A stretch of 64,000 bases of DNA from Chiloscyllium plagiosum. Taxonomy: Eukaryota. The stretch is taken from NCBI RefSeq assembly GCF_004010195.1, contig NC_057718.1, positions 71,355,715 through 71,419,714 on the forward strand. The letters are read 5' to 3'. This document shows positions 13,845 through 26,744 of the stretch, piece by piece. The notes under the pieces are model-generated. The model did not search any database. It was not told the origin of the DNA and was given only the letters and a program-made list of their open reading frames with translations. The position numbers were made by a program, and so were the translations under genes. The first letter of the stretch is position 1, and every line of letters starts with the position of its first letter.

Positions 13845-15130
13845 TCATGTCATAATAGCCTCTAAACCAGGCAACATGCTGGTAAACCATTTCTGTACCT
13901 TCTCCAAAGTCTCCACATCCTTCCAGGTAGTGTGCCAACCAGAACTGTACAAATATTCAAAATATGACTTAATTAAACTTCTCCACAGCTGCAACATGAC
14001 TTGCCGGTTTTTATACTCTGTGCCCTGACCAATGAAGCTAAATATACCATATGCCGCCTTGTCCACTTGTGTTGCTGCTTTGAACTGTGGACGTGTACAC
14101 CTAGATCTATTTATATCTTGATGCCTCTGAGGGTTCTTCCATTTACTGTACAGCGAACATAATTTCAAGTAACGTGTTCAGATAGTTACACTATAGCTAC
14201 AGTTCCAGAAAACCTTTAAGATGCACATAAAAGACTATAATAGAAAATGAAAGCTTATGCTGCAGATGTTAACATATTGGACATGAATGGAAGTTTGCAT
14301 AGCTGATGACAATCAGACATCATAAGCAGGCTGTTTTTCTGGTTTGAGAGATGTAATGAATGTAATACAATAGAATGCTGGGACCTCAAGTTAAAAGTTT
14401 ACAATTATGTAGAATATTGGATGAAGGAGCTGATGGTATGATTGCTAGATTGGCTGATGGCGTAGCTTGGAATGTAGAATGTTAAATAATTTAGGGAAGC
14501 AACAAATAGATATAGTTTAAGAAAGTGGGCAAAGATGTTGTAAATAAGTATACGGTGGCAAAATATGGAATTGTCTGTTTGGCAGGAAGAGGTAAAAAGA
14601 AGCCTTCTAAGTAGAAAGTGCAGAGCTCTGAGTTGGAGTGATGGTGTGCTAATGCCTGAATTGCAAAAGTTAATATGCAGGTACAGCAAGTATTTAGTAG
14701 AGCTAATAAAATATTTTTGTTCATTGCGAGGGGAACCCTTTGCTGAAATAGTTATGCTTGAGTTACATAGGGCATCAGAGGGGATCATATCTGGAGGATT
14801 GTTCAATGTAGGTCTCTTTCATCAAGAAGGGATGTAAATCAGTTGAAAGCAGATCAGAGGAGGTTTTCAAGGCTAATAATTAACCTGATTGAACTTTCCA
14901 AGGTATTTTCTCTTTGGTAGAATGTGGAACTAGGGTTTCTGTTTGAGATAGAGAAGTGGTATCTTAAATGTCTTTGGAGCAGTCATCCTCAAAAGTGAAA
15001 GTAGGCAGGTTGATAAGCAGCATTTTCTGACTAGGTGGAAATGTGGAGCAATCAGATTAGCTGTGATCTCACCAAATGGTTCAGCAGGCTTAAAGGGTGT
15101 TAATGACCTACATCTGCTCATAATTGGTAT
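13845..15130. mobile_element. Old CR1 fragments (minus 13845-14150, plus ~14300-15130)
   Basis: FIGQGTEYKNRQVMLQL..KDVETLEKVQKWFTSMLPGL on minus; decayed RT and 3' UTR on plus. Confidence 0.6.
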
Positions 15131-15619
15131 GTGCATGATCTCTTGACTCGTTTTCTAACTTGCACCTTTTCAATGCACCTGAGCTCTCCCCAAATCCTCC
15201 TCCTCACCCATGATTGTTCATTTGTCACCCATGCTTGCTGCCTGATATTGTTTCTTTGCAGTCCTTAGTCCCTTATTTTCAAACTCCTCTTTTCCCTTCT
15301 GTACATTTATACATACAAAACCTTTAAATAGTTTGTGTAGAGTTTAGGCAGTTGAACAGTTAGATTTTATAAACTTAATTTTTTCTGTAAATACCCATAT
15401 GTATAGTGTGTAAATGCATTTCACATTTTTTCCATAACAGTAGTTAAATGTAATAGCTTCAGCCTTTTGTGGTCAGGGTTATGATTCCTTCCTAAGTCAG
15501 TTTTACCAACTAAACGACATCAGCTAATACGTCAGAAGCCTTTTGGGTAGCTTATTGAAATTGCTGCATTTCTATATATTGTTTTAGTAATTGTTTTGCT
15601 TTTTGGATATTGATTTCAG

Positions 15620-15795
15620 AGAATCTGATATTACTAAAGAGCGAATTCATAAGATCTTGGCTACAGGAGCAAATGTCATCCTGACCACTGGTGGCATTGA
15701 TGACATGTGTCTAAAGTATTTTGTGGATGCTGGTGCCATGGCAGTCCGCCGTTGTCTGAAAAAGGACTTGAAGCGAATTGCAAAAGCAAGTGGAG
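15620..15795 (+). CDS. TCP1: TCP1 exon (human exon 8 equivalent)
   Basis: ttcag|AGAATCT...GGAG|gtaag; 176 nt; ESDITKERIHKILATGANVILTTGGIDDMCLKYFVDAGAMAVRRCLKKDLKRIAKASG. Confidence 0.97.
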
Positions 15796-17720
15796 GTAAG
15801 TTGAAAGTCTGACTTGGCAACTTTTTTTTTCTCTTTTTGTTTCATCTTGTTTATTTTGCACCATTCAAGTTTGAATGATGGGCATTTTTTCACTCTTCCT
15901 ACCAAAAAGAGCATCATTTCAATTTTGTCAAATATTTTTTACATCAACCTGTCAAGAAGTGTTGTTACGCATCTCTGAAGCTGATGGCACTTGAACCTGT
16001 ACTAAAAGACTGCTATGCTTTTTAAAAATCATCAAAAATGCAGTGACAAAATCTTGGGGGGAGGTGAGAAGGTCTGCTAGTCATGAATTGCTCTTCAATG
16101 ATTGCTGCTGACTGCGAAGCAGTCTATCCTTGAGCCAATTCATCCGGTCTATGGACAAGTCATTGACACTGAGAATTATTTGGAAGGACCTGTGTATTGC
16201 AAGTGTGCTCACCGGAGGTTTAAATTCCTTGGACAATAACTGTATTTACATGGGAGCCAGGACTTCTAAAGCATCCCAATGTACAGCAAATGTTTTCCAC
16301 TTGACACCAGCAGATCAGGAAATTTGATTTAAACGTGTTAGAGCTTTTGAAATGAAAGCAGAGAATCATTTTGAGCTAGGAACAAAAGTCCTAATTGGTC
16401 TCCTCCATGGTTCATTGAGATAACTGACCTAAGAATTTTGAACTCCACTTTCCTTCCTTGTCCCTAAAACCCTTGATTCATTTATTGATGAAAAATCTTT
16501 TAATCTCATCCCTGAATATACTTAATGACTCAGACATAACTTTCATTTGCATCAATTCACTACCATCAAAAGGAATTCCTCATCTATCTTAAGGTGAGAT
16601 CCCTCCTTGTGAGAGTATGCACTATGGCCCTAGAGTCTCCCCCACTGGGAAACGAGCACTTTGCATACAGCATGGAAACAGATCCTTTGGTCCAACCAGT
16701 CCATTGCCTCAATGTTCCCAATCTTACCTTTGTATGTTTTGGCCCATATGCCTCCAAATGTTTCTTATTCATTGGATTTATGCAAACGTTTTTTAAGTAT
16801 AACTGTACCTGCGTCGTCCACTGTTTAAAACAAAAAGTTGGTCTTTTTAAGTTCTCCTCTCTCCTTGCAGATATACCTCCTATTTTTGAACTCTCCGCCC
16901 CGACCCTCAGGACAGGACCGTTGTCTTTCACTTACCTGTGCCCCTCATGTTTTGTAACTCTCAAGGTCTTCAAAGAATCTTTTATCTTTAAATAAAATAA
17001 CCTGTTGTTCTTAATTCCTACCTTCTCAACCTGTCCTCACAGGATAGTCCCTGATGTCTACCTAGAGAACCGTCTCTGGACTGTCCCATGCCAGTTTTTT
17101 GTTACATTAGATAAGAGGCTCAAAACAGTGTCCCAGCTGTGGCCTGACTAATGCCTGGCATCATTTTCGCAAAACTTGTGTTTCATTCCCTTTGAAAGGC
17201 CAACGTTCCTTTTGTCTTCCCTATTACCTGCTGAACTTTACCATTTACGCAAGATAAATCAGTAGATTGGGGAATGGTGTAGAAGGAAGGGATCTGGATT
17301 TTTAGGACATTCTGATTACTTTTAGGAATGGAGAAAGCTGTTCAGAGATGGTCTTCACCTGAGCGGAAATCTATTGGCTAAGAGAGTGTTGTGTAGTCAA
17401 TCCAGCATTGTGCTGGATTGACTCATGGGACTAGTTTTTGGAAGTACCAGTGAAAGGAAAGAGAGAAGATGGGACTGTGGGGACTAAGTGAGGCAAGGCT
17501 TGAGGGGTGTTGATGGTGAACTACAAAATAGTTGCCTTTCAGGTGAGCAAGGAAAGAGATAAGTGCAGGGTTAAATTGCACATAGTATAGTGAACAAAAT
17601 TGGACAATTGGAAGCACTAATTGCTGGAGGGGCATTGTAAACATTGATCGAAATGTGACTCAAACCAGAACTGGACTAGATACTTAATATCCTGGGTTAT
17701 ATGGCTTTTAATAGAAACAG

Positions 17721-18076
17721 AGCTTAAAAATGTGTTGCTGGAAAAGCGCAGCAGGTCAGGCAGCATCAAAGGAACAGGAGAATCGATGTTTCGTCCATAA
17801 GCCCTTCTTCAGGAATGGCAGAGGAGATGACCTGGGGAGTGCAGTGAGAGAGGGACTCGCTGAGATCCTTGTAGAGGGAGGAGGAGAGCTTCTTCAAGGA
17901 AGGCATCCTTGCAAGAGGATTCGCAGTAGGTTAAAATCAACTAGGAGAAAGTGAGGACTGCAGATGCTGGAGATCAGAGCTTAAAAATATGTTGCTGGAA
18001 AATCGCAGCAGGCCAGGAAGCATCAAAGGAACAGGAGAATCGATGTTTCGGGCATTAGCCCATCTTCAGGAAGTGT
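17721..18076 (-). mobile_element. Penelope-like insertion: two tandem terminal repeats flanking the ORF start
   Basis: 15-bp TSD TTTTAATAGAAACAG (17706-17720, 18077-18091); two copies of the gctggaaaagcgcagcagg...cttcagg unit; minus-strand MPSLKKLSSSLYKDLSESLSHCTPQVISSA between them. Confidence 0.8.
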
Positions 18077-19849
18077 TTTTAATAGAAACAGGTGAGTAAA
18101 AAGGGAGGGAATGAGCAGTCTTGATTGACAGTGAATAAGATGAAGTTCCTGAATTAGAATCCATATCTGGAAGTGACTAACAAGAAGGGAGTTGTGTTCT
18201 TGTTGAATTTTGTTTCTGTACCTAAAATAGTGGGGAGAAAGTAGAAGAGCAAATATGGTATGATGGTTGGTAATTTCAATTATCCTAGATTAAACTAGGA
18301 AAAAGGTACGGTGGGGCAGGATAGGGGTGAAGTTCTTCAAATATGTGCAGGAGAACTTTCTGGAAAAGTAAATTTCCAGTACGTACTAGTGAGGGAGCTG
18401 TGCTGGATCTGGTCGTAGGAAATGAGGCAGATCAAGTAGACAAAGTCTGAGTGGAGGAGCCGTTGGGGAAATAAGGATCCTAATACAGTGTTCAATATTA
18501 AGTTGGAAAAGGATTAAAAATCAGTCTGTGATTAAGATTCTGGCCTGAAAAAGCAGATTTTTTCAGGTCTAAAAGTTGAACTGGAACAGGTTGATTGGAA
18601 GCACCTTTCGATGGATAAAACAACGGATGGAAACTGAGAATTTCAAGAATATAAATTGGGTGCAAGCTAAGTACATATTCATGAAAAATAAATAGAGAAC
18701 CCTGGGTGACTAAATATATTGAGAGAAAATAAGGAAGAAAAGGAGACGTGATAGATATCAGAATAGTAATAACAATAGAAATTTGGAAGTCTTTTAAATG
18801 CTGAAGTACAAGCTTTCTGTGCACTGTTCCTTCGTCAGGTAGCTGATGGAGGAGCACCACTCTGAAAGCTTGTACTTGCAGATAAAATTGTTGGACCATA
18901 ACTTGGTGTTGAGTTTTACCTTTGTCCACCCCAGTCCAACACTGGCACCTCCACATCATCTCTTGAATGTTGGAGAGGTGCTAAGACTGGAATAAGGAAG
19001 GCTAAAAGGGAGCATGAGGAAAGGCTGGCAGGCTGCTCTAAAACAAGTAGTGAAATGTTATTCATATTATTAGTAAAAAGATTAGTTAAGAATAGAATGG
19101 GGCCCATAAGGAACAAGGTGGGTAAGCTGTTCACTGTCTTTACTACATTAGAAAATGGTGGTTGAAGCAGTAAACATGTGGATGTTGAACAACTGAGTAG
19201 TACAGTGGTAGATGAAGAGTTTCTCAAAGGCCTGGCAGTCCCCCCACCCCAGATAGAAAATTCACCAGATAAATCCTAGATTGCTGAAAGTGGTAAGGGA
19301 GCAAATTCAAGAGCTGTCGATGGAAATTTTCCAAGTCCCTCTGAATATAGGCTTAGTCCTGGGGACTGGAGGACTGTAAATGTGACCTCAGGAAGAGGCA
19401 AAGCAAAGCCCAAGCCCAGCTTGACGTCAATAGTGGAAAAACTAATGGAGGCCATAAAATGGAATAAGCTAAATACACATTTAGTGAACTATATGGATGA
19501 CACTGAGCAACTTCAGAGGAACATGGGCAAGTAGGCCAAATGGGCAGATACCTGCCAGGTGAATTTCAATGCTGAGAAATGTGAGGTAATGTATTTTGAT
19601 GGAAGAAACAAAAAGACCATGCAGGCTCAATGGTACAGTTTTGAGGGGAGTACAGAGGAAAAGGACTTTTGGGTTTATATGCACTATTCTCTGGAGGTGG
19701 CCAGACAGGTTGAAACAGTTAAGGCTTATCTGATCCTTGTTTGTTATAGATAGAGTATAAAAGCTATACCTGGACAAATGATTGATTGTGCCGCATTTAG
19801 AATATTATTTGGTTCTCGACATCTTATTTAAGGAAGGATTTTAAGGCCT

Positions 19850-20447
19850 GGCGAAAGTTGTGGTGATGATGTGACTTTGAGGTTATTTTGTCCTTTTTTT
19901 TAAGAGATTGAACGAATGGTACTGAGCAGTCTGTAAGAAAGTAAACTGCTTGAGATTTTTATGTGGACCAGTAGAAGCGGCCTGAATGGGTGTAGTAGAG
20001 TTCCCACAGATCAGAGTTTTTGCTTAGTTTTTAGCAGTCGCTGTCCGGTTTTGAAGTGGAATTTTTTTTTTAAACCCCCCTCTTGGGTACAACCAAAACC
20101 TGGGGTTTCTCTGCCTGCTGTGACAGTGCATATGAGTCTGATTATTTTCTAAAATTGCACTTTGCCAAAGGTGTTTTCTATGGGATGTAACTATATTGGA
20201 ACAGTTAAACATACTGTACAAACTGTATCTATTATTCTGTTAAATTTTCTATTAAGTTTTTCAAATTCCTTCCTCCTTTTTGTTTTAACTACAGTGGATG
20301 CTTTAAAGTGTTTTGCTTTAAATTCAGTAGTTTGTTTAATCGAATTGCATATGGAATTGCATTACCTTATTTACCTGTTTGAAAATAAGAAAAGGTTTGG
20401 TTCAAGACTATCTTAATATTTTGAGGGTGTTTGGCTTACTCCATAAC
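19850..20447 (+). mobile_element. Probable solo LTR inserted in CR1
   Basis: About 600-bp non-CR1 block ending CATAACA; CR1 reading (KD..A / QRRLTRMIPG) resumes on both sides; left boundary approximate. Confidence 0.45.
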
Positions 20448-21700
20448 ACAATGCAAAGGAGATTGACTAGAATGATACCAGGAATGAGGGATTTTAGATA
20501 TAAGGAAAGATTAGAGAAATTAGCCTTATTCTCCTTGGAGCAGAAAAGACTAAGAGGTGACCTTATTGAAATTTGCAAAGTTATGAACAGTTTTAACAGG
20601 GCGGATATTCTGTCTCCACGAGTTAATATGTCACTGACTCGGGTTCACAATTTCAAGATTGTCAGCATTCCCTTGCTTAACATGTCTTTATCCCTCTATA
20701 CTTTGTCATCCTCACTACCTGCCTGACCACCTTTTTATACTATCTGCAAACTTGGGCTACAGTGAACTCACTTTGCTCATCCCAGTCATTATTGTATTGT
20801 AAATGTCACCCCAACACTGATCCCTGTGGTATATCAGTACTAGAGTCTGCCATTCTGAAAATGCCCCCTTCTCCCAACTCCATCATCTATTGAGTTCTGA
20901 CCTGAAATGTTAACTCTGATTTCTTGCCATGGAAGTTGCCACATCTGAGCATGTAATGTGGCAAAGGGCAGTGGGAAACCGGAAGATTGGGAAGCTTATA
21001 AAGACCAGAGGGCAACAAAAAAAGACAAAATATTAAATGACGGTAAGCTAGCCAGTAACATAAAGGAAGATAGCAAGGGTTTCTTCAGATATATAAAGAG
21101 CAAAAGAGAGGCAAAAGTGGACATTGGATTGCTGGAATATGACACAGGAGAGACCATCTTCACAGTGGAAAGCACTAGTAATGCCCCAAATATTTTGAGA
21201 GCAAGAGGGCCAAGTTGAGTATGGTAGTCATTACTAAGAAGACGCTTAAAAACGGAATGACTTGAAGGTTGATAAATCACCTGGACCAGGTGGACTACAA
21301 CCCAGAGTTCTAAAGCAGATAGCTGAAGAGATAGTGTTTCTGTCTTCTATTGCTTAACTAATCCTCTATCCATGCTAACATACTATCTTCAATATCATGG
21401 ACTCTTGCCTTATCAAATTGCCTAATGTTAATTCTGTTTTATTTCTCCACAAATGCTATCAGAGCTGTTGAGTTTCTCCAGCACTTGCCATTTTAATTGC
21501 AGATTTCCAGCATCTGTTTTCATTTGAGAGCTTTTGAAAATTTATTCTAGCAGTGTTCACGTGCGTTCTATAGCTTTCAATTTGATTCAAGGAGTGTTTT
21601 GTTTGTTTTGATGGTACTTTTATATTGAGAAATTAGTAAAAGGCAAAAAAGAATTCAGGAGTACTTATTTGACAGATTTTCCCCTTTGTTTTCTTCATAG

Positions 21701-21824
21701 CAACTGTGTGTTCAACTTTGGCAAACTTGGAGGGGGAAGAGACTTTTGAAGCCTCCATGTTGGGCCAGGCTGAGGAAGTGGTTCAAGAAAGGATATGCGA
21801 CGATGAACTGATACTGATTAAAAA
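21701..21824 (+). CDS. TCP1: TCP1 exon (human exon 9 equivalent)
   Basis: catag|CAACT...AAAAA|gtaagt; 124 nt; (A)TVCSTLANLEGEETFEASMLGQAEEVVQERICDDELILIK(N); not in the ORF track, read manually. Confidence 0.97.
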
Positions 21825-22799
21825 GTAAGTAGGGGATCACAGTTAAAATGTGTTCTCTTTTGCAATAAATACTGATTTCGAAAGTTTTGTTTAAATAGCC
21901 TTTCAATATTATGTCTTTGTTTCACTTTTGGACAATTTTTTATTTTTGAACATTTAACCTGTTCACCCTCAGCTGGCTTATTGTGTACAGTACTGAGTTT
22001 CACGTTTTAAGAAGAATGGGACACATTGGGTAGAGTGCAAAAGAGGTTTGTAGGAATGCTTCTACGGATGAGAAACTTCAGTTATGAAGATAAATGGGAG
22101 AAGCTGGGACTGTTACCTCAAAGAGGAGATTTGATTCACGTTTTCGTATTTTGAGATTCTGAATTAGAGGGCACAAATTGCGAAGAGATTTGCACAGCAA
22201 GCACATTGTGCGATAAGACTTTTCCACAGAGTGGTTTGGCCTGGAATGCACTGTTTGGAAGTGTGGTGGAAGAAAGTTAAGAGTTATTCAATGATTTACG
22301 TAGAGATGTAAAAAAATGAGTGGGTCATACAGCCCTTTTAGGCTACATTGCCATTCAATTTAATGAAAATTAAAGCAAGCAAATTATCCAACTCCATACC
22401 CTGTTCCTTTTTCTCCTTTTTGGTACCTTTGCCAAAAAGAACTATATCTACCTCCTTGAAAACAATGTTTTAGTCGCAGAGAATTCCACGAGTTCACTGG
22501 ATGACCCCTGCTTCTGGACTCCCTTTTGAACATTCCTCCTGTGTTTACCCTGTCCGTTCCTGTTAGATTTGTATTGGTTTCAATGATATTTCTTCTCCCT
22601 TACCCTGCCCTTCATATTTCTGAATTCCAGTGAATATAGTCTTAACCAATTCAGTCTTTTTTCATATTTGTCATCTCGGGAGTTAGTCTGGGAAACTTCC
22701 TTTTCACTCCCTTCATTGGCAGAGCATCCTCAGATAAGGAAATGAGAATTTCACACAATATTCCAGATGTGGTCTCATCAAGGCCTTGTATAATTACAG

Positions 22800-23827
22800 T
22801 CAAGAGTGTGTTGCTGGGAAGGTACAGCAGGTCAGGCAGTATTTGAGGAGCAGGAGAATCGACATTTCAGGCATGAGCCCTTCATCAGAAAATAAGCCTG
22901 TTGGCTGGGGGCTGAGAGATAAATGGGAGGGAGGTGGGGTTGGGGAGAAGGTAGCTGAGAAAGTGATAGGTGGATGAAGGTGAGGGAGAAGGTGATAGGT
23001 CAGAGGGGGGAGTGAAAGACAGGACATGAGGGCTATGCTGAGTTGGAGGTTTGGGACTGGGATAATGTCAGGGGAGGGGAATTGAGGAAACTGTTGAAAT
23101 CCACATTTATCCCGTGTGGTTGTCGGGTCCCAAGGTGGAATGTGAGATGTTCTTCCTCCAGGTGTCGGTGGTAATGGCTTGGCAGTGGAGGAGGCCCAGG
23201 ATCTGCATCTCCCTCCTTGAAGGAGGGAGAGTAGAAGTCTTCAGCCATGGGGTGCTGGGGTTGGTGGGTGCAGGTGTCCCGAGATGTTCTCTGAAACAAT
23301 CTGCAAGAAGGCGTCCAGTGTCCTTGATGTAGAGGAGACCATACCGGGTACAATAGATGCAGTAGAGGTACAGGTAAATTTATGACAGATGTGGAAGGAT
23401 CCCTTGGGACGTTGGATGGAGGTGATGGGAGTGGTGTGGGCACAGTTTCTGTACTTCCTGCAGTGGCAGGGAAAGGAGCCAGGAGTGGGGTGTAGGCTGG
23501 TGGGGGGCATGGACCTATTGAAGTAATCTCGGAGGGAATGGTCTCTCCGGAAAGCTGATAGGGGTGGGGAGGGGAATATACCTTTGGTGGGATCCGTTTG
23601 GAGGTGGCGGAGGATGATGTGATGTTTGTGGGGTGGAAGGTGAGGACCAGAGGGGTTCTGTCCTTGTGTTGGGAGGGGTGGGGTTCAAGGGCAGCAGTGC
23701 GTGAAGTGGGCACTGGAGGGCATCATCAATCACATGGGAAGGGAAGTTGTGAAGTTGGAAGAAGGAGGCCATCTGGGACTTTGAGGTGGAATTGGTATTG
23801 TGGGAACAAGGGGTGGTGTTTTTACAG
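22800..23827 (-). mobile_element. Penelope-like element 3' portion
   Basis: 12-bp TSD GTATAATTACAG; remnants MASFFQLHNFPSHVIDDAL, KDRTPLVLTFHP, Cys-rich linker, GINVDFNSF; terminal hammerhead-like motif 22861-22888. Confidence 0.82.
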
Positions 23828-25778
23828 GTATAATTACAGCAAAGTATTCATGTTCCTGTACTTCAGTACTTTGACTATGAAGGCCAACATACCATTTGCC
23901 ACCTTCATTGCCTGCTGTACTACTACATGGTTAATTTCTGTGGTGTACAAAGGCACCGAGATCACACCATGCCCTTAATCTATCACTATTTAGATTATCT
24001 GTCTTCCTGCATTTGTGACCAAAGTGGAGAAGCTCACATTTTTTCACATTATATGATATCTGCAGTGCGTTTGCCCAACATTCAACTCGTCCAAATTACT
24101 ATGTAACATATCTGCTACATCTTCACAGTTCTCCCTGCAAGTCAGCAAGTCACTTGCAAACGTGGGGATGTACATTTAGCTTCTTTCTCATATTGTGAAT
24201 GACTGAGGCCCAAGCACTGATCCCTATCGTACTTCAACTCCTGGAAATAGACTCTTGTGTTTTCCTACTTGTTTCCTGTCTGCCGATCAGTTTTCATCCA
24301 TGTCAGTACATCACCCCCAATCCCGTGTACTTTAATTGTCCTTACTAATATCTTATGTGCAACCTTACCTGAAGCTTTCTGAAAATCAATGACTGGCTTC
24401 CCCTTATCAACTCTCCCAGTTACATTTTCAGAATTCCAGTAGATTTATCAAGCATGATTCCCCTCTTGTAAATCCATGTTCTATCTGATCCTGTCACTAC
24501 TCCAGGTGTTTTGCTATTGAATCCTTTATAATGGATTCCTGATGAAGGGCTCTTGCCCAAAACGATGATTTTCCTGCTCCTCGGATGCTGCCTGACATGC
24601 TGTGCTTTTCCAGCACCACTCTGATCTTGACTCTTTTATAACAGACTCTAGTATTGCTCCGTTAACAGTGTCAGGCTAACTGGTCTGATTCCCTTTTTTT
24701 TTCCCTATGCCGCCTTTTTTAAATAGTGGTGTTATTGTTAATTATGCCCAAATCCATAAGCACTGTTCCACAGTCTGTAGGATCTTGAAAGATGATACCA
24801 AGGCATCCACTATTTTTAGGATCACTTAAGTACTCTGGGGTATAGATTATCAGGGTCTAGGGAATTTATCACCCTTGGTCCCATCAAATTCTCCAATACC
24901 ATTTTCCCTATTAATACTGATATCTGACAGTGTCTCTCTCATTCTCTCAACCCTGTTTTCCTCAACATTTTGGGATTATATTTATGAAGAGACGACCAAA
25001 GTGTATATGTAATTGATCTGCCATCTCTTTGACCTATTTGTATGCCCCTTTGGTTCTGATACTGTAACTTTTTTCCCTTGTTAGCAATGGTATGGCTATG
25101 TTTTCTGTTTTATTTTTGTGTTAGAAAGGAATGAATAATCCATGTGCTTTTTAAATGTTTACCATGTCTCAAGCCAACTTGTATCTCATAACATCGTAGT
25201 TTCCTTTATTTGGATTTAGGCCCTTTATTCAGAAATAATCTTCTGCATAAGACGTAGCAGAATTAGACCACTCAGCCCATTGAGTCTGCTCTGCCATTCA
25301 ATCATGGCTGATAAGTTTCTCAAACCCATTCTCCCAGTTTCTCCACATAACACTTGATCTCCTTGATACTCAAGAACCTATCTATCTCTCTTAAATATAC
25401 TCAATCACCTGACCTCCACAGCCTTCTGTGGCAATTAATTTTATGGAATCCCCACTCTCTGGCTGAAGGTTCTCCTCATCTCCATTTTAAAAGGTCTTCC
25501 CTTTACTCTAAGGCTATGCCCTCGGGTCCTAGTTTCTGCTACCAATGGAAATCTCTTCCCAACGTCCAGTATACAGGCCATTCGGTATTCTGTATGTTTC
25601 AGTTAGATCCCCTCCTTATCCTTCTAAACTGTAAGTATAGAATCAGAGTTCTCAAATGTTCTTATGTTAAACTTTTTTGTTCCTGGGACCAGTCTAGTGA
25701 ACCACCTCTGAACATGCTCCAGGGCCAGTACATCCTTCCTGAGATATGGGCCCCAAAACTGCAAACAATACTCCAGAC

Positions 25779-26742
25779 TACACCTCCTCCGACCCTGCCC
25801 CCTATAAAAACACCATCCCATATTCCCAATTCCTTCGTCTCCACCACATCTGCTCCCAGGAGGACCAGTTCCAATACCGTACAACCCAGATGGCCTCCTC
25901 CTTCAAAGACCGCAATTTCCCCCCAGACGTGATCGACGATGCCCTCCACCGCATGTCCTCCACTTCCCGCTCCTCCCCACCAGGAAAGAACCCCACTGGT
26001 CTCACATGGTGTGTTGCCTGCCCGGTGCCAGGGTGCGAGACATCTCCGACCGGCTTGAAAGGATATTGGAGCGGGAGGGGGAGGATCCATTTGTTGTGGT
26101 CCATGTTGGTACCAACAACATAGGCAAGACTAGGGTGGAGGACCTGTTTGGGCATTACGAAGCACTAGGCAGGAAATTGAAGCACAGGTCCTCAAGGGTC
26201 ATAATCTCCGGATTACTGCCCGAGCCACGTGCCAATTGGCATAGGGACAAGAAAATTAGGCAAGTAAACACGTGGCTAAGGGATTGGTGTGGGAAAGAGG
26301 GATTCCACTTCATGGGGCATTGGCATCAGTTGTGGAACAGGGGGGATCTGTACCGTTGGGACGGCCTCCACCTGAACCGATCAGGTACCAATGTTCTAGC
26401 GAAGAGGATAAATAGGGTGGTCAATAGGACTTTAAACTTCTGAGTTGGGGGGAAGGGAAAGTGAAAGCGACAGGGAGTATGGAGGTAAATGGCAAGATAA
26501 GCAGCAGGATAGCTCACCCTCACCTTGACCTCCTTCCACCTATCGCATTTCCAACGCCCCTCCCCCAAGTCCCTCCTCTCTACCTTTTATCTTAGCTTGT
26601 TGGACACACTTTCCTCATTCCTGAAGAAGGGCTCCTGCCCGAAACATCGATTCTCCTGCTCCTTGGATGCTGCCTGACCTGCGCTTTTCCAGCAACACAT
26701 TTTCAGCTCTGATCTCCAGCATCTGCAGTCCTCACTTTCTCC
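25779..26742 (+). mobile_element. Penelope-like element with an embedded CR1 ORF1 esterase segment
   Basis: [46 protein letters not shown] (Penelope), then CR1 ORF1, then Penelope terminal repeat; sits inside a minus-strand CR1. Confidence 0.8.
26006..26443 (+). mobile_element. CR1 ORF1p SGNH/GDSL esterase domain (uninterrupted C-terminal part)
   Basis: VCCLPGARVRDI..VVVHVGTNNIG..VIISGLLP..DGLHLN: SGNH blocks II, III and V typical of CR1 ORF1. Confidence 0.85.
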
Positions 26743-26744
26743 TC

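Larger units (their letters stand above)
17260..20660 (+). mobile_element. Long decayed CR1 LINE interrupted by Penelope inserts and an LTR-like insert
   Basis: ORF1 end (DGLHL-like), endonuclease and RT remnants (FNAEKCEVMYF, QRRLTRMIPGMRDFRYKERLEKLALFSLEQKRLRGDLIE). Confidence 0.7.

Noticed and set aside
15430..15580. Second intronic snoRNA (e.g. SNORA29) upstream of exon 8
   Set aside because: No convincing H/ACA or C/D box arrangement or recognisable similarity by eye; needs a covariance-model search
26006..26443. SGNH esterase ORF as a host or horizontally acquired gene
   Set aside because: Matches CR1 ORF1p, lacks the N-terminal GDS block and splice signals, and is embedded in retroelement sequence
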